Below, piece after piece: positions 38,366 to 49,300 of a DNA stretch of 64,000 nucleotides. The position numbers and the translations under genes were made by a program. The notes beneath the pieces were generated by a model. It was given only the letters and a program-made list of their open reading frames with translations. It ran no database searches and was not told where the DNA came from. Position 1 is the stretch's first letter; every line of letters starts with the position of its first letter. Source of the stretch: a virus; IMG/VR virus record IMGVR_UViG_3300026118_000019, positions 4,261 to 68,260 of that record; one strand, given 5' to 3'.

Positions 38366-38863
38366 ATGTCTGACCATTACTGCACGATTTCGGACGTCAA
38401 TAGCTACGTTCCCCAATCGGCATTCACGTCGACAACCGTGCCGACGCAGGCGATGGTGCAGAGCTTCATTTCTCAGGTGGCGAACCAGATTGACCTGACG
38501 CTCAAGAATCTGGGGTATACGACCCCGGTTGTGCAAGGGCCAATGTCGCTAATCGAGTTGCGCAAGGCCAACGCCTGGGGGGCGTTGGGCTTGGCGCAGC
38601 AGTCGCGTATCACGGCTATCGCGCCAGACCAGGCTATCGGCCTGAGTGTCTGGACGAAGATGTTCAACACCTGGTTCGACGCGTTGGGGGACCCCAGGAA
38701 TCCCTTCGAGTTGGCCGATGCCCCACGCACGGGCCAGGCGGTGATCAAGCCGGTCGGGGAAGTGATGGCCGACCCGACGACCATGAGCGTCGACATTGGG
38801 CTGTCGTCTGATCCGTCGGATTATCTGACCGCGCCGATTTTCTACATGGGTCAGAAGTTCTGA
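38366..38863 (+). CDS. Head-tail adaptor
   Basis: YCTISDV N-terminus, ID..L...GY..P; synteny. Confidence 0.65.
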   Translation: MSDHYCTISDVNSYVPQSAFTSTTVPTQAMVQSFISQVANQIDLTLKNLGYTTPVVQGPMSLIELRKANAWGALGLAQQSRITAIAPDQAIGLSVWTKMFNTWFDALGDPRNPFELADAPRTGQAVIKPVGEVMADPTTMSVDIGLSSDPSDYLTAPIFYMGQKF

Positions 38864-39414
38864 TGGCGCAGAAAGTGGCATTCCAGTATTCGGTGGCCCT
38901 GCCGGGGCAAGCCGAATATATCCGGGCCATTTCGCGGTTCGCGGACGAAATCGAAGACTGGAAGCCGTTCTGGGACGATTGGTTTCGAGATGCCTGGGTG
39001 CGGCACGTTCAGGTGCACTACGAGACCCAAGGCCGGTCGACGGGCGACACCTGGAAGCCGTTGTCGGAAGCCTACGGGACCTGGAAGCAAAAGCATTGGC
39101 CGGGCCTGCCGGTCGGCGTGTTGTCGGGCGCGTTACGCGAGTCGTTGACGTTCCCTGATGACACGAATGCGATCTGGGAATCGAAGAAGGACAGCCTGGA
39201 AGTCGGCACGGCGGTGCCGTATGCCATGTATCAGCAGTTGGGCACGGCGCGGTCTGGTGCGGCCAGCGGGCTGAAAGAGTATCGCGGTTATCGCTACGGC
39301 GCGGGCTTCGGAACGCCTGCGCGACCCCCGCTGCGAATCAACAACGAATTTTCCATGTTGATGGGGCGGATGCTTCAGGAATACGCGGTGAAGTTCATTC
39401 GCGGGCAGCTGTGA
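38863..39414 (+). CDS. Virion morphogenesis/neck protein (Mu gpG-like)
   Basis: WKPLS..Y...K...SGALRESL...VGT.VPYA.YQQ.G...PARP. Confidence 0.75.
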   Translation: MAQKVAFQYSVALPGQAEYIRAISRFADEIEDWKPFWDDWFRDAWVRHVQVHYETQGRSTGDTWKPLSEAYGTWKQKHWPGLPVGVLSGALRESLTFPDDTNAIWESKKDSLEVGTAVPYAMYQQLGTARSGAASGLKEYRGYRYGAGFGTPARPPLRINNEFSMLMGRMLQEYAVKFIRGQL

Positions 39415-39420
39415 CGTGCT

Positions 39421-39897
39421 ATGCCAGTGATTCTCGGCGACATGGACGACGTCAAGCGGGACCTCTCGGGGTTGCTGCGCAGTCCGGCGTTTCGACAACA
39501 GATGACCCGCGTGGTGAACAAGCAGCAGGACGGGTTTCTACCGTTACTGCCAGCGGCAATCTACCAGGAGGAGCGGTTGTCCCACCTGGTGTTCCCGATG
39601 GCGGAACTGATTGGGTATCACAGCACGTTTGTCGAGCAGGACATTGTGAAATACACCCAGCACGACGTCGGTGTGCGGTGGACGGCGGTCGCCAAAGACG
39701 AGCACACGGTTACACGGTTAATCGAGGTGCTGACCCGGACCACGGTGGATTTGCTCTGGGGCGCGATTCTGCCGCGCGTGCACTCGGGACCCATTCTGGT
39801 GAAGGAAGTGGACTATTCGCCGTTAGTCCCAGCGGTGGAACACCCGTATTTGAAGTCGTCGCTGGTGATGGTCACCGTGCAGACCTGGAGAGACTAG
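39421..39897 (+). CDS. Putative tail terminator
   Basis: Size and synteny. Confidence 0.5.
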   Translation: MPVILGDMDDVKRDLSGLLRSPAFRQQMTRVVNKQQDGFLPLLPAAIYQEERLSHLVFPMAELIGYHSTFVEQDIVKYTQHDVGVRWTAVAKDEHTVTRLIEVLTRTTVDLLWGAILPRVHSGPILVKEVDYSPLVPAVEHPYLKSSLVMVTVQTWRD

Positions 39898-39898
39898 C

Positions 39899-40666
39899 GT
39901 GGGGACGATACCAACCAACACGCTAATCACGATTCTCGACAGCCTGGCGTCGGGGAAGTTGATTTTCGACAACGCGGTTGGCGTGCTGGGCACCGAATCG
40001 AACACCGTGTCGAAAGCGGCGTTGAATGACACCGTGACCTTGGCGGCGATTGCGGATGCCGAAGTGCTCTCCGACCTGATGCCGTCGTTCAAAATGCGCG
40101 ACGACACGTTGTTGGCCTCGGGCCTCTATGCGGCGCTGGGGGCGGCAGATATCTGGTGGGCGCTCGATAAACACGTCGCTAATTCGAGTCAGGTCGGCGT
40201 CATCAATCTCGACACTTACATGCAAGTGAACAATATCCGGGCGAGCACGCACGTGCAGCAAATGGGGTTTCCCCTGGCTCCGGAACAAGTCATGTCTCCG
40301 GCGGTCGACCCGATGGCGACCTACACGGTGACGGGCAGCGGGTCGGGCACCTACGCGCACGTGGCGGACATTGACACGACGCAGTATGGGCGGGCCTGGT
40401 TGCAAGCCGTGGTGACCGCCACGATTGGCACGATTCCGATTACCGCGACGATCAACGGGCTGCAATTCGACGCGACGTCGCCGACGATTAAGCAAATCAC
40501 GATTTCGGCGAACAGCTCAGTGGGCACCACGGTGAACATTGGCGTGATGGGCGTGCAAGGGGATAGCTACGGGCAAGTGACCAGTATCCAAATCTCCGGC
40601 GGCACGAGTGGCGACGCGTTCAAAGTGCGCAGCCGCGTGGAGCGCACGATTTCCGCAGTTTCTTAA
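39899..40666 (+). CDS. Structural protein
   Basis: Beta-rich C-half; within structural operon. Confidence 0.55.
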   Translation: MGTIPTNTLITILDSLASGKLIFDNAVGVLGTESNTVSKAALNDTVTLAAIADAEVLSDLMPSFKMRDDTLLASGLYAALGAADIWWALDKHVANSSQVGVINLDTYMQVNNIRASTHVQQMGFPLAPEQVMSPAVDPMATYTVTGSGSGTYAHVADIDTTQYGRAWLQAVVTATIGTIPITATINGLQFDATSPTIKQITISANSSVGTTVNIGVMGVQGDSYGQVTSIQISGGTSGDAFKVRSRVERTISAVS

Positions 40667-40679
40667 CAGAGGAGTAGAC

Positions 40680-41087
40680 ATGGCAACCCTGACCGTAACC
40701 CCAATCACGATGGCTCCAGCCTCAGTGGCAGGCTTCACGTTGACCACCGCCCCGTCGTCGAGCACGGGCGACAAGTGGCAGAACACGGGCCGTGAAATTC
40801 TCGTGATTCAGGCATCGACCAGCCAGACCGGCGTGGCCGTGAACACTCTCGTGACGGTCGTGGCCCAGGTCGTGGACAACTTCGGCGGCTTGGCGAGTAT
40901 CCACAACCTGTCGCTCATGATTCCGAGCAGCAGCTTCGGCCTGACGGCGGTCGGCCCGTTTCCGCCGAGCCTGTTCAACGACGCCAACGGGTTCTGCAAC
41001 GTGACCTACAGCAGCAGCAACGGCGGCACCCTGACCACGGGAGCCAACGTCAACGTCGGCGTCTTCAGCGTCTCGGCCCGGTCGTAA
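40680..41087 (+). CDS. Beta-rich structural protein
   Basis: GAGGAG RBS; NTGREIL...GPFP...FND..G...VTYS. Confidence 0.6.
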   Translation: MATLTVTPITMAPASVAGFTLTTAPSSSTGDKWQNTGREILVIQASTSQTGVAVNTLVTVVAQVVDNFGGLASIHNLSLMIPSSSFGLTAVGPFPPSLFNDANGFCNVTYSSSNGGTLTTGANVNVGVFSVSARS

Positions 41088-41115
41088 CACGTTTTCGTTC
41101 GGAGGAGATTTTCAG

Positions 41116-41370
41116 ATGGCAAAAACGCAACCCAAAGCAGCGCCAGCGGCGGCGAAGACGATCACCGTGCGCGTGCGCGAAGGCCAGGTGCTCGCGCGCC
41201 ACGGCGTAATTTACGCGAGCGGCACCACCGTCGAACTGGAACCTGCGATTGCCGACGAGCCTGCCGTGAAGGCGCTCGTGGAAGTCGTCGGTGGGGACGA
41301 CGCAGTGGAAGAACCGCAGACCCCGAAGGCGGATTCTTACTCCGACAACACCGTCGACCCGATCAAGTAA
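41116..41370 (+). CDS. Small hypothetical protein
   Basis: GGAGGAG RBS. Confidence 0.6.
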   Translation: MAKTQPKAAPAAAKTITVRVREGQVLARHGVIYASGTTVELEPAIADEPAVKALVEVVGGDDAVEEPQTPKADSYSDNTVDPIK

Positions 41371-41413
41371 CTGACCTGAGCGCCCAAACACTGGATTACA
41401 GGAGTAACGCATC

Positions 41414-42016
41414 ATGGCACAGGTCGCGTCCAACATTCTTGCCGGGCCAGCGCGCGTGTTCGTCGGCGCGTTCGGCACGGCCGTGGCACCGGTAAGCGGG
41501 GCACCTCCGGTGCTGTTCCAACACACGGCGGGAGTGCCGTCTGGTCTCCAGACCGGCTTCACCGAAGTCGGCTTCACCACCGGGCCGTCCACCTTCGACT
41601 ACAAAGCGACGAAGGAAGAGCTGATGCCCGAACAGTCGCTGATCGGGGTCGACGTCTTCACGACGGAAGAGATGGCCCAGATTGTCTTCACGGCGTATGA
41701 GCGCACGTTTATTGTGCTCAAGACGGCCTTCGACAACGTCGGCTCCCAGTCGGACGCCACCGGGGACCTCTACTACGGCGGCAACGGCACCAGCATTCTG
41801 GCTCCGTCATTCAAGCTGGTCTTCATGAGCAGCATTCACCGGGACAACACCGCGAAGTTCTCGTGGGTGTGCATCTACAAAGCCTACAGCATGGACGGCA
41901 TCAAGCTGCCGTTCGAGAAGACAAAGCCCACGACCTACCAGGTGACGATGAAGGCGTTGGCCGACACGTCACGCACCGTCGGCGACCAAGTATTCCAGGC
42001 CAAGAACGAAATCTAA
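41414..42016 (+). CDS. Major tail tube protein
   Basis: NI..GPARVFV...VGFTTG; 200 aa; upstream of chaperone and tape measure. Confidence 0.75.
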   Translation: MAQVASNILAGPARVFVGAFGTAVAPVSGAPPVLFQHTAGVPSGLQTGFTEVGFTTGPSTFDYKATKEELMPEQSLIGVDVFTTEEMAQIVFTAYERTFIVLKTAFDNVGSQSDATGDLYYGGNGTSILAPSFKLVFMSSIHRDNTAKFSWVCIYKAYSMDGIKLPFEKTKPTTYQVTMKALADTSRTVGDQVFQAKNEI

Positions 42017-42038
42017 CTGACCTGAGCGAGGTGAGAAT

Positions 42039-42527
42039 GTGGCGTTGATTACTGCCAAAGCGCTCAAAGCGCGCGAGCAACCGGAATTTACGATTGACCT
42101 CGGGGATGGGATTGAAGTCCGCGCACGACGGCCCGATATGCAGCTCATGTTGTTGCGTGGGCTCATCCCAACCCCACTCTTCAACGGCGTCATGAAAATG
42201 GTGGGGCAGTGGGCGGGCAAAGGCACCGAGGCGCTGACGGAAGAAGTGCTTCAGTCCAGTCTCGAACTGCTGTCCTTCGTCAACATCTTCGTCTGTGAAG
42301 CCATGGTCGAACCCCGTGTCGTCCCCGACGACGTGCCCATTGACGCCAACGAGAACTGCTTGCATGTGAGCGACCTGACCCTCGCCACCCGCAAGAATAT
42401 TCTCGTGACCGTGACGATGCGGTCAGCGGCCCCAGAGGTGGCCGCAGCGGCTGAGACCTTTCCTGAAGAGCGACCTGGCGAGGGAAGTAGATCGGATGTG
42501 CCGGAGGTATCGCCAGCGGCCGTCTGA
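42039..42527 (+). CDS. Tail assembly chaperone
   Basis: Synteny; A.VEPRV; ends shortly after a candidate TTT-CCT shift site. Confidence 0.7.
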   Translation: MALITAKALKAREQPEFTIDLGDGIEVRARRPDMQLMLLRGLIPTPLFNGVMKMVGQWAGKGTEALTEEVLQSSLELLSFVNIFVCEAMVEPRVVPDDVPIDANENCLHVSDLTLATRKNILVTVTMRSAAPEVAAAAETFPEERPGEGSRSDVPEVSPAAV

Positions 42528-42672
42528 AGTCTGTCACATCGTCGACCCAGAAATCGCCTTCGACTTCGACCTCGCCATGGCCACCGTGCACCACTTCGAA
42601 GAGCAGACGCGCGCCCAGGCCGTCGCCGAGTCAAATCCCATGCTCGGCCTCTTACTCCTGGCCATGGGCTAA
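42460..42672 (+). CDS. Frameshift extension of tail assembly chaperone (gpGT-like)
   Basis: +1 frame reads FLKSDLAREVDRMCRRYRQRPSE...AFDFDLA to TAA 42672. Confidence 0.55.
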   Translation, partial: FLKSDLAREVDRMCRRYRQRPSEVCHIVDPEIAFDFDLAMATVHHFEEQTRAQAVAESNPMLGLLLLAMG

Positions 42673-42692
42673 CTCACATTTCCAGGTCGTAG

Positions 42693-45600
42693 ATGGCTTC
42701 CACCAATCTCACACAATCACTATTACTCCAAATCATCGGTGATTCGAGTGGGGGCGTGGAGTCTCTGAATGAATTTTCAGATGCACTGCAAACCCTCTAC
42801 ACCGAAACCCAGGACAAAGGCGGTCAGCTCTCGCTGCCCTTCGAGCAGGTGCCCGAAGCCGTCAAGAAGGCAGGGGAAACTACCGGGCTGAACTGGCGCA
42901 CGGCGTGGGACGACGTCACCGCCAAAACTCACAACGCGGTGGCCGACCTGGGACTCACCGTCAAGACCTTCGGCGAGAAGGTGGGCGCGGATATCGTCTC
43001 GGGGATAGCCAACCCTGCCCAGTTCGGTCGTGAAGCGCTCAAGGGCGTCCTGGACCTCATGGGACCCATGGGCGTGGGGCTCAGCGTCATTGGCGGCGGT
43101 ATCTCGGCGGCAGGCGGGGCACTCGGGAAGCTCGCCATAGACGCGGCTGAGGCAGGCGAAGAAATCGAGACCTTCTCCCACATGACCGGCATGGCGGTGG
43201 AGAAGATTGGCGCGATCAAAGCGGCGGCGGAAATCGGCGGGTCCAGTCTCGGCGAAATGCAGAGCATTCTGCAACAGCTGACGCGCCGAATGGACGCCAC
43301 CGGGCCAGCGGCGGACAAATTCGACGCAGCCCTGCGCGACCTCAATATCAACGTCAACGACTTCCGCGCGGCCGACCCCACCGAACGAATCGCCATGATG
43401 AGTCGCGGCATGCACGATGCCGCCGGGTCGACCACCCTCATGTCCGACGCGATTGCCCTGATGGGCCGGTCGGGTGCGCAGAACCTGAAGTTCCTGACCA
43501 AAGATTTCGACGACTTGATGCAGAAGGGCAAAGACCTCGCGGTGGTCTGGACCGAGGAAGACCTGGCCGCAGGCGAAGAGCTTCAGCAATCCATGGCCAC
43601 GACCAAGGTCATGTTCGCCAACCTGGCTACGACCATCGGGAAAGAGTTGATTCCGGCGACGACGCTGGCCATCCAAACCTTCAACCGCTTCGTCCAAGCC
43701 GTCGTCAATACCGCCCCCGTTCTGGCCCTGGCCATTTCCACGATGTTCGGCCCGTTTGGAATTGCGCTCACGGTGCTCGGGGAGCTGACCATTGCCTTCA
43801 GCAAGTGGCGGCAATCGGTCAACAACGCCAAGCTCGAAGCCGAAACCGCCGGAGCCGTCCAGGAATCGTATAACCGCATTCTGGCCGACGCCAAGAAACA
43901 CCACACCGACCTCGGCGACGCGGTAAAAGAAGCCGCCGAGAAGATGCTGAACATGCGCTACAGCGAGGAGACTGTAGCGAAGCAGACGGGGCTCACCAAA
44001 GCCCAGGTCAACCAGCTCAAATCCGCCCTGGACGCGGCCAAAGATTCCGCCCAAGCCTTCGCCGACGTGTGGGATGACATTGTCGCGGCCGAAGCCGACT
44101 TCGGAAAGACCGCCAAAGACGTCGACAAATCGGTCAAGGGTCAGGTCGTCCACTATGACGAGCTGGGCATCTCGGTCGAGAAAATTGCCAAGGCCCTGGA
44201 CCTGACGACCTCCCAAGTCACCGAAATTATCGCCAACGATAAGAAAGCCTCGGACGCAGCCAAGCAGCACAAATCGGCGATTGACGGGCTCGTCGCCAGC
44301 TACGACCAACAGAACAAGAAATCCAAGGACACGATTGAAGCCCTGCGAATCGTCATCCAGTCGCAAGACCTCAGCACCGACGAAATCATCAAAGTCAGAG
44401 ACGAAATCAACAAGCTGGTCAAGCAGCACATTCTGCCGATGAACGACGCGCTGGCCAAGTGGGCAGCGGCGAATCGCAACGTCTTTACGACCCTCCAGCC
44501 GATATCGAACAACCTGCCCCAGCTCTCGGTGGCGATTGAAGACCTCCACTGGAACGCCGAAGGACTCACGACCCCCTTCGATGACGCGCGGGAAGCCTTA
44601 AAGAACCTGGCCTCGGAGAACCTCTACTTCAACGTCGTCGAGACGGAGACGGGCGCAATTATCGGCGGCACGGTGGTGCCAGTCATCGGCGAATTGGTCA
44701 AAGGTGTCGAGGACGCGCACGTGGCGATTAACGAGGCCGCGCGATCCGCGAAGACCTTCGGCGAAGAAATGGAGGCCAACTTCACGAGCGTGATCAAGGA
44801 AATCCCGTCCCTGCTGAAGAATGCCTTCACGGGTGGTGGCGGGCTCTCGGGCGCGGGGAAAGCGATTGGCATCAGCGTCGGCACCGCGATTGGGGATTCG
44901 ATTAGCAGTAAGTTCGGCGAGGCGATTACCGACACCGTCAGCAACGCCATGGGTAAGACGGTAGGCAACATTATCGGCAAGGTCGTGCCCATCATCGGTC
45001 CACTGATTGGACTCGGCGTCCAGGCGCTGATGGGTATTGGTAAAGCCAGTAAAGAGGAATTGGCCGGACGCAAAACAGAAGCCGACTTCGAAAAGAAATT
45101 CGGCGGCTTCGACAACATGCTCGGGGAAATTTCCAAAGCCTATGCGGACATGGGGCTCTCCGGGAAGAAGGCCGAAGCTGACATTCTGGCGATGTTCGCC
45201 GCCGAGAAAGAAGGCGCAGAGGCGACCGAGAAGGCCATCAAGAATATCACTGACGTCATGGATGCCGCCGCTGCCAAAGCCGCCGCTGTGGCAGACGCCC
45301 AGTCGCACCTGGCGGACGACGTCAACGCGCGCGTGGCCGCTGGAATTTCAACCCAAGAATCCTACAACATTGCCGCGCAGGGCACCCTCGCTACGTTTGG
45401 CATGCTCGTCGAAAAGAACGGCGACGTCATCGGAGCCATCAAGGCGCTCGGCGGTTCGATTGACGTGCTGAAGGAGCAGGAAGACCAGTTCGGTGGAGCC
45501 GCAAAAGCCGCCATTGACCAACTCGCTGACGTGAAGGACGCGGTGGTGGCCAACGAGGACATTTACAACGCGGCCTCGGCGAACGTGCAGATGATGAAAC

Positions 45601-46241
45601 ACCTGGAGACGGCTGGCCTCGAAACGGCGGAAATGTTCAACGCCTTTGGTGAAGACACGAGCAATCAATTTAACACGCTCGTCCAGCGTGGTGTGAGCGT
45701 GAAGACGGCGATGACGACCATGCAACCATCGTTGCAAAGGCTGTGGGAAGAACAACAGAAGTTTGGCGACTTCACGGATGAAGCCACGAATAATCTACTC
45801 AAGCAGGCGGAGGAGCAAGGTATCGTCGGCCCGCAAATGGAAGACATTAACAAGCAACTGTTGGATGTGCTCGAAGATATCCGCGACATGTTTGCGAACA
45901 TTACCGCGAACACGAAGGACTTCTCAGCCGCCATCAACAACATTCCGACCGAGAAACACGTGCGCATTAAGGTGGACACCGAAGGTGGCGTCCCGAGTTT
46001 TGCCAATCGTCCGCTGGAACGAGTCACGTCAGCAGGTTTTGCCATGTTACATCCTGGCGACGTGGTTGGTGTGCCAGGGCGCGGGCAACTAAGTGGTGTG
46101 GGGGGCGGCGGGAATGTCTACGTGACGGTGCAGGGCAACGTGTGGGCTGCGGACGAACTGGCCGACGTCATCTCACAGCAGATCGCCGACGATTGGATGC
46201 AAAGAGGTGGCAGCATGCCACTGGCTAGGACTGGGAACTAA
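42693..46241 (+). CDS. Tape measure protein
   Basis: 1182 aa, helical, Ala-rich, with hydrophobic segments; synteny. Confidence 0.88.
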   Translation: MASTNLTQSLLLQIIGDSSGGVESLNEFSDALQTLYTETQDKGGQLSLPFEQVPEAVKKAGETTGLNWRTAWDDVTAKTHNAVADLGLTVKTFGEKVGADIVSGIANPAQFGREALKGVLDLMGPMGVGLSVIGGGISAAGGALGKLAIDAAEAGEEIETFSHMTGMAVEKIGAIKAAAEIGGSSLGEMQSILQQLTRRMDATGPAADKFDAALRDLNINVNDFRAADPTERIAMMSRGMHDAAGSTTLMSDAIALMGRSGAQNLKFLTKDFDDLMQKGKDLAVVWTEEDLAAGEELQQSMATTKVMFANLATTIGKELIPATTLAIQTFNRFVQAVVNTAPVLALAISTMFGPFGIALTVLGELTIAFSKWRQSVNNAKLEAETAGAVQESYNRILADAKKHHTDLGDAVKEAAEKMLNMRYSEETVAKQTGLTKAQVNQLKSALDAAKDSAQAFADVWDDIVAAEADFGKTAKDVDKSVKGQVVHYDELGISVEKIAKALDLTTSQVTEIIANDKKASDAAKQHKSAIDGLVASYDQQNKKSKDTIEALRIVIQSQDLSTDEIIKVRDEINKLVKQHILPMNDALAKWAAANRNVFTTLQPISNNLPQLSVAIEDLHWNAEGLTTPFDDAREALKNLASENLYFNVVETETGAIIGGTVVPVIGELVKGVEDAHVAINEAARSAKTFGEEMEANFTSVIKEIPSLLKNAFTGGGGLSGAGKAIGISVGTAIGDSISSKFGEAITDTVSNAMGKTVGNIIGKVVPIIGPLIGLGVQALMGIGKASKEELAGRKTEADFEKKFGGFDNMLGEISKAYADMGLSGKKAEADILAMFAAEKEGAEATEKAIKNITDVMDAAAAKAAAVADAQSHLADDVNARVAAGISTQESYNIAAQGTLATFGMLVEKNGDVIGAIKALGGSIDVLKEQEDQFGGAAKAAIDQLADVKDAVVANEDIYNAASANVQMMKHLETAGLETAEMFNAFGEDTSNQFNTLVQRGVSVKTAMTTMQPSLQRLWEEQQKFGDFTDEATNNLLKQAEEQGIVGPQMEDINKQLLDVLEDIRDMFANITANTKDFSAAINNIPTEKHVRIKVDTEGGVPSFANRPLERVTSAGFAMLHPGDVVGVPGRGQLSGVGGGGNVYVTVQGNVWAADELADVISQQIADDWMQRGGSMPLARTGN

Positions 46242-46260
46242 ATGTCGGGACGCGTTGCCT

Positions 46261-46315
46261 GCTTCGCCTCGCCGAGCCACACCGCGCTAAACCCAGCTTT
46301 GCCAAGCCACGCCTG
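46261..46315 (+). repeat. Period-5 degenerate repeat (RCYNN x11)
   Basis: gcttc gcctc gccga gccac accgc gctaa accca gcttt gccaa gccac gcctg. Confidence 0.6.
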
Positions 46316-46347
46316 CTTTGCTTTGATGGCGTCCCGACTTCAATAGT

Positions 46348-49300
46348 ATGCCTTACGTTCAGAGTAGAAATCAACGCGTTGCAGCCGGGGCCAATGCCTT
46401 AGCCTACAGTTCTGCCAACATCGCTACGCATCTCCTTGTAGCGGCGGTCATGCTTGAAAGTGACACGGCGACAGTGACGACGTTGGTTGACAGCCAAGCC
46501 AACACCTGGGTCGCCGTCGCGTCGATTCGTCACAGCGCAGGGCAGGCGTTCAGCGTGCAAATGTATTACGCCAAAAATTGCAACGCTGGAGCGAACACTG
46601 TCACGATGACCCCGTCGGCGGGCGCGTCGACCTTGGTCATCATGGAATACAGTGGGTATTCCACCACCGCGCCGCTGGCGCAACACAACGAGACGTATCA
46701 AACCGGCGGCACGACGGCGACGTCTGCGAACGCCATCACCACAACGGATTCGGAATTACTCGTGGCGGTGGTGGTAGCGAACCGGGTCATTACACCGGGC
46801 GTGGGATATACCACCCGCGAAACCACCTTCTTCACCGACTGGGTGTTCGTCGAAGACCGGGTGCTGGGTGCGGCATCAGCTTACAACGCGACGGCCGGGC
46901 TCGGGTCGCCGAATCCCAGCTCGATTATCTGCATTGCGACGTTCAAGCTGCCGACCGGCTACACGGCGCTCACTAATCGGTGGCGCATGGCAGCCATGGT
47001 CCAGGAAACCCCAGACGCGTTCTGGCGACTTGGGGACCAGACGGGACTGGTGGCGACTGACGACACTCTGAACGGTTACGACGGGACGATCAACGGTGGG
47101 GTGACGCTGAAGGTCGACGGGTGGCCGTCGGACGGCGACGACGCCATGACGTTCAACGGGACCACGGGGTATATCGAGGTGCCGGACAACGCGGCGCTGA
47201 GCTACATCTCGCGGTTCACGATTATGGCGTCGTTCAAGACGACCTACAACGTGTTCCAGGTCATTGTGAACAAGACGGTGTCGACGTCTGGGTCCGGGTG
47301 GTCTCTGGGGCTCAATGCGGACGGCAGCATTCGCACCTGGATTTACAACGGCAACGTGCCGGTGGTGGATACCAATAGTGGGGCGTTCACTTACCGCGAT
47401 GGCGCGTGGCATCAGGTGATTGTGACCTGGGACGGCACCACCACGGCTAATGGGTTCAACATTTATGTGGACGGCGGGCTCGTAAAGCAGGCCACGGCCG
47501 CGAACCTCGTGCCGGGGCAGCCCGCCGTGCCGGTGCGCATCGGCCAATACAGCGACAACACGACGGCACCGTTCAACGGCACCTTAGACGAAATCGCGTT
47601 GTATTCCTACACGTTCACCGCTGCGCAGGTGACGCGTATGTATACGGCGCGCACCGCGACCACGAGTCGGCAAGGGCTTATGCAGTCAAAGGCCAGCGTG
47701 CTGCGGGCCGATGCGGGGCGGTCGTTCTTTTTCAGTTTTCGGCCCATCGTGATGCTCAACGGGATCGATATCATGGACAACATCCTGAAGCACACGTTGA
47801 GCGCCACCGATATTTTGAGTGACCAGCCAGACACCGTGCAGTGCACCGTATTTGTGACGTCCCCGTCGTGCCGGAACGGCTATGCCGACACGGTGTTGGC
47901 GGATGGATGTGTGGGGTATTGGCGCTTAGGCGAATTAGTGGGCGTGACCGCGAACGACTCGTGTGAGTTACAACACCCCGGCACCTACGTCGGCGGAGTC
48001 CAGCTCGCGCAGGTGAGTCCGTTGAGTGATAACAGCACGGGTGTGATCTTTGACGGCAGCACCGGCTATGTGACGATACCCAATACCACCGTGCTCAATC
48101 CGGTGACGGCCATCACGGTTGAAGTCTGGGTGAAATATACGCTGACCGGTTACATGTTTTTTCTATCGAAGACCGATAGCTTTGGTTACAACGGTTACGA
48201 GCTGTATGTCAACACGGGGACGGGTCAACTCCGGTGGTCGACCTACAGCTTCGTAGGGTCGCTCGGGTTCGACGTCGCCACCACGGCGAGCTACAACGAT
48301 GGGAACTGGCATCATGCGGTCGGCACCTTTGACGGAGTGACCCCCAAAATTTATGTGGACGGGGCCTTCGTGGCTCAGACCATCACCAAGAACGACGGCC
48401 CGTTGGTGGCCAGCACGTCGGCGCTCTCGTTGGGTGCACGGCTCACGGCCCTACTCCCGTTCGCGGGAAGCCTCGACGAAGTGGCGGTCTACCCGACGGC
48501 ACTCACGCTGACCCAAATCGCACGTCATTATGCGCTGCGCTTGTCCACCGACGCGCTGAGTGGCTGGATGCCGCAATACGGCAACACGCTGATTCTCGCC
48601 GACGGGGCGTCGAACAATCGCTTCTTCGGCGGCACGATTGTCAAAACGCGGAAGCAACCGATCAAAACGCCGGGTGGCGTGCAAGCCAACGTCTTCAAAT
48701 ATGACGTGTGGGCCACCGACTGGACGTGGTTGTTGAACCGGCGCACGGTCAGCAAAACCTACGAAGCGGGGCAGAGCAGCACTCTCGTTGTGCTAGACCT
48801 CGTGGCCTCGTATACCACCGGGTTCACGTCGCACGGTGTTCAACCGGGCGGGCCAGTGCTCGACGCGCCCCTCACCTTTCGTGGAGCGAAGGTGGGCACG
48901 GCGATTCAGAGCGTGGCGACGGCCACTGCGCCCAATTGGAACTGGTATGTGGACGTCGACATGGACGTGCACTACTTCCTCACCGAAACGTCGCAGCGGC
49001 CCGTGGCGCTGGCTCCTGGCGTCTACAACTACAACACCCTGGACTACACGCTGGACCTGACGCAGGTGCGGACCCGCATGATTGTCCTGGGAGGCGGCGG
49101 GCGATGCAGCTCACCGACGGCAGCGGGATCGTCGTCTATTCCTGTCGATGAAACCAGTTGGTATTCGGCAACCGGTGGCGAGCTGTTCTCGCCCAGTGAA
49201 GGCCAAGTTATCACCTATACGGGCCGGTCAGCCTCGTCTGGCCCTGGCAACATCACGGGCGTGCCGACCTCTGGCGTCGGGTCCATTCTCGATACCTGCC

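Noticed and set aside
42777-44549. 590-aa minus-strand ORF (also 27127-28662- and 56705-57856+)
   Set aside because: Antisense shadows of strongly codon-biased genes in GC-rich DNA; no motifs
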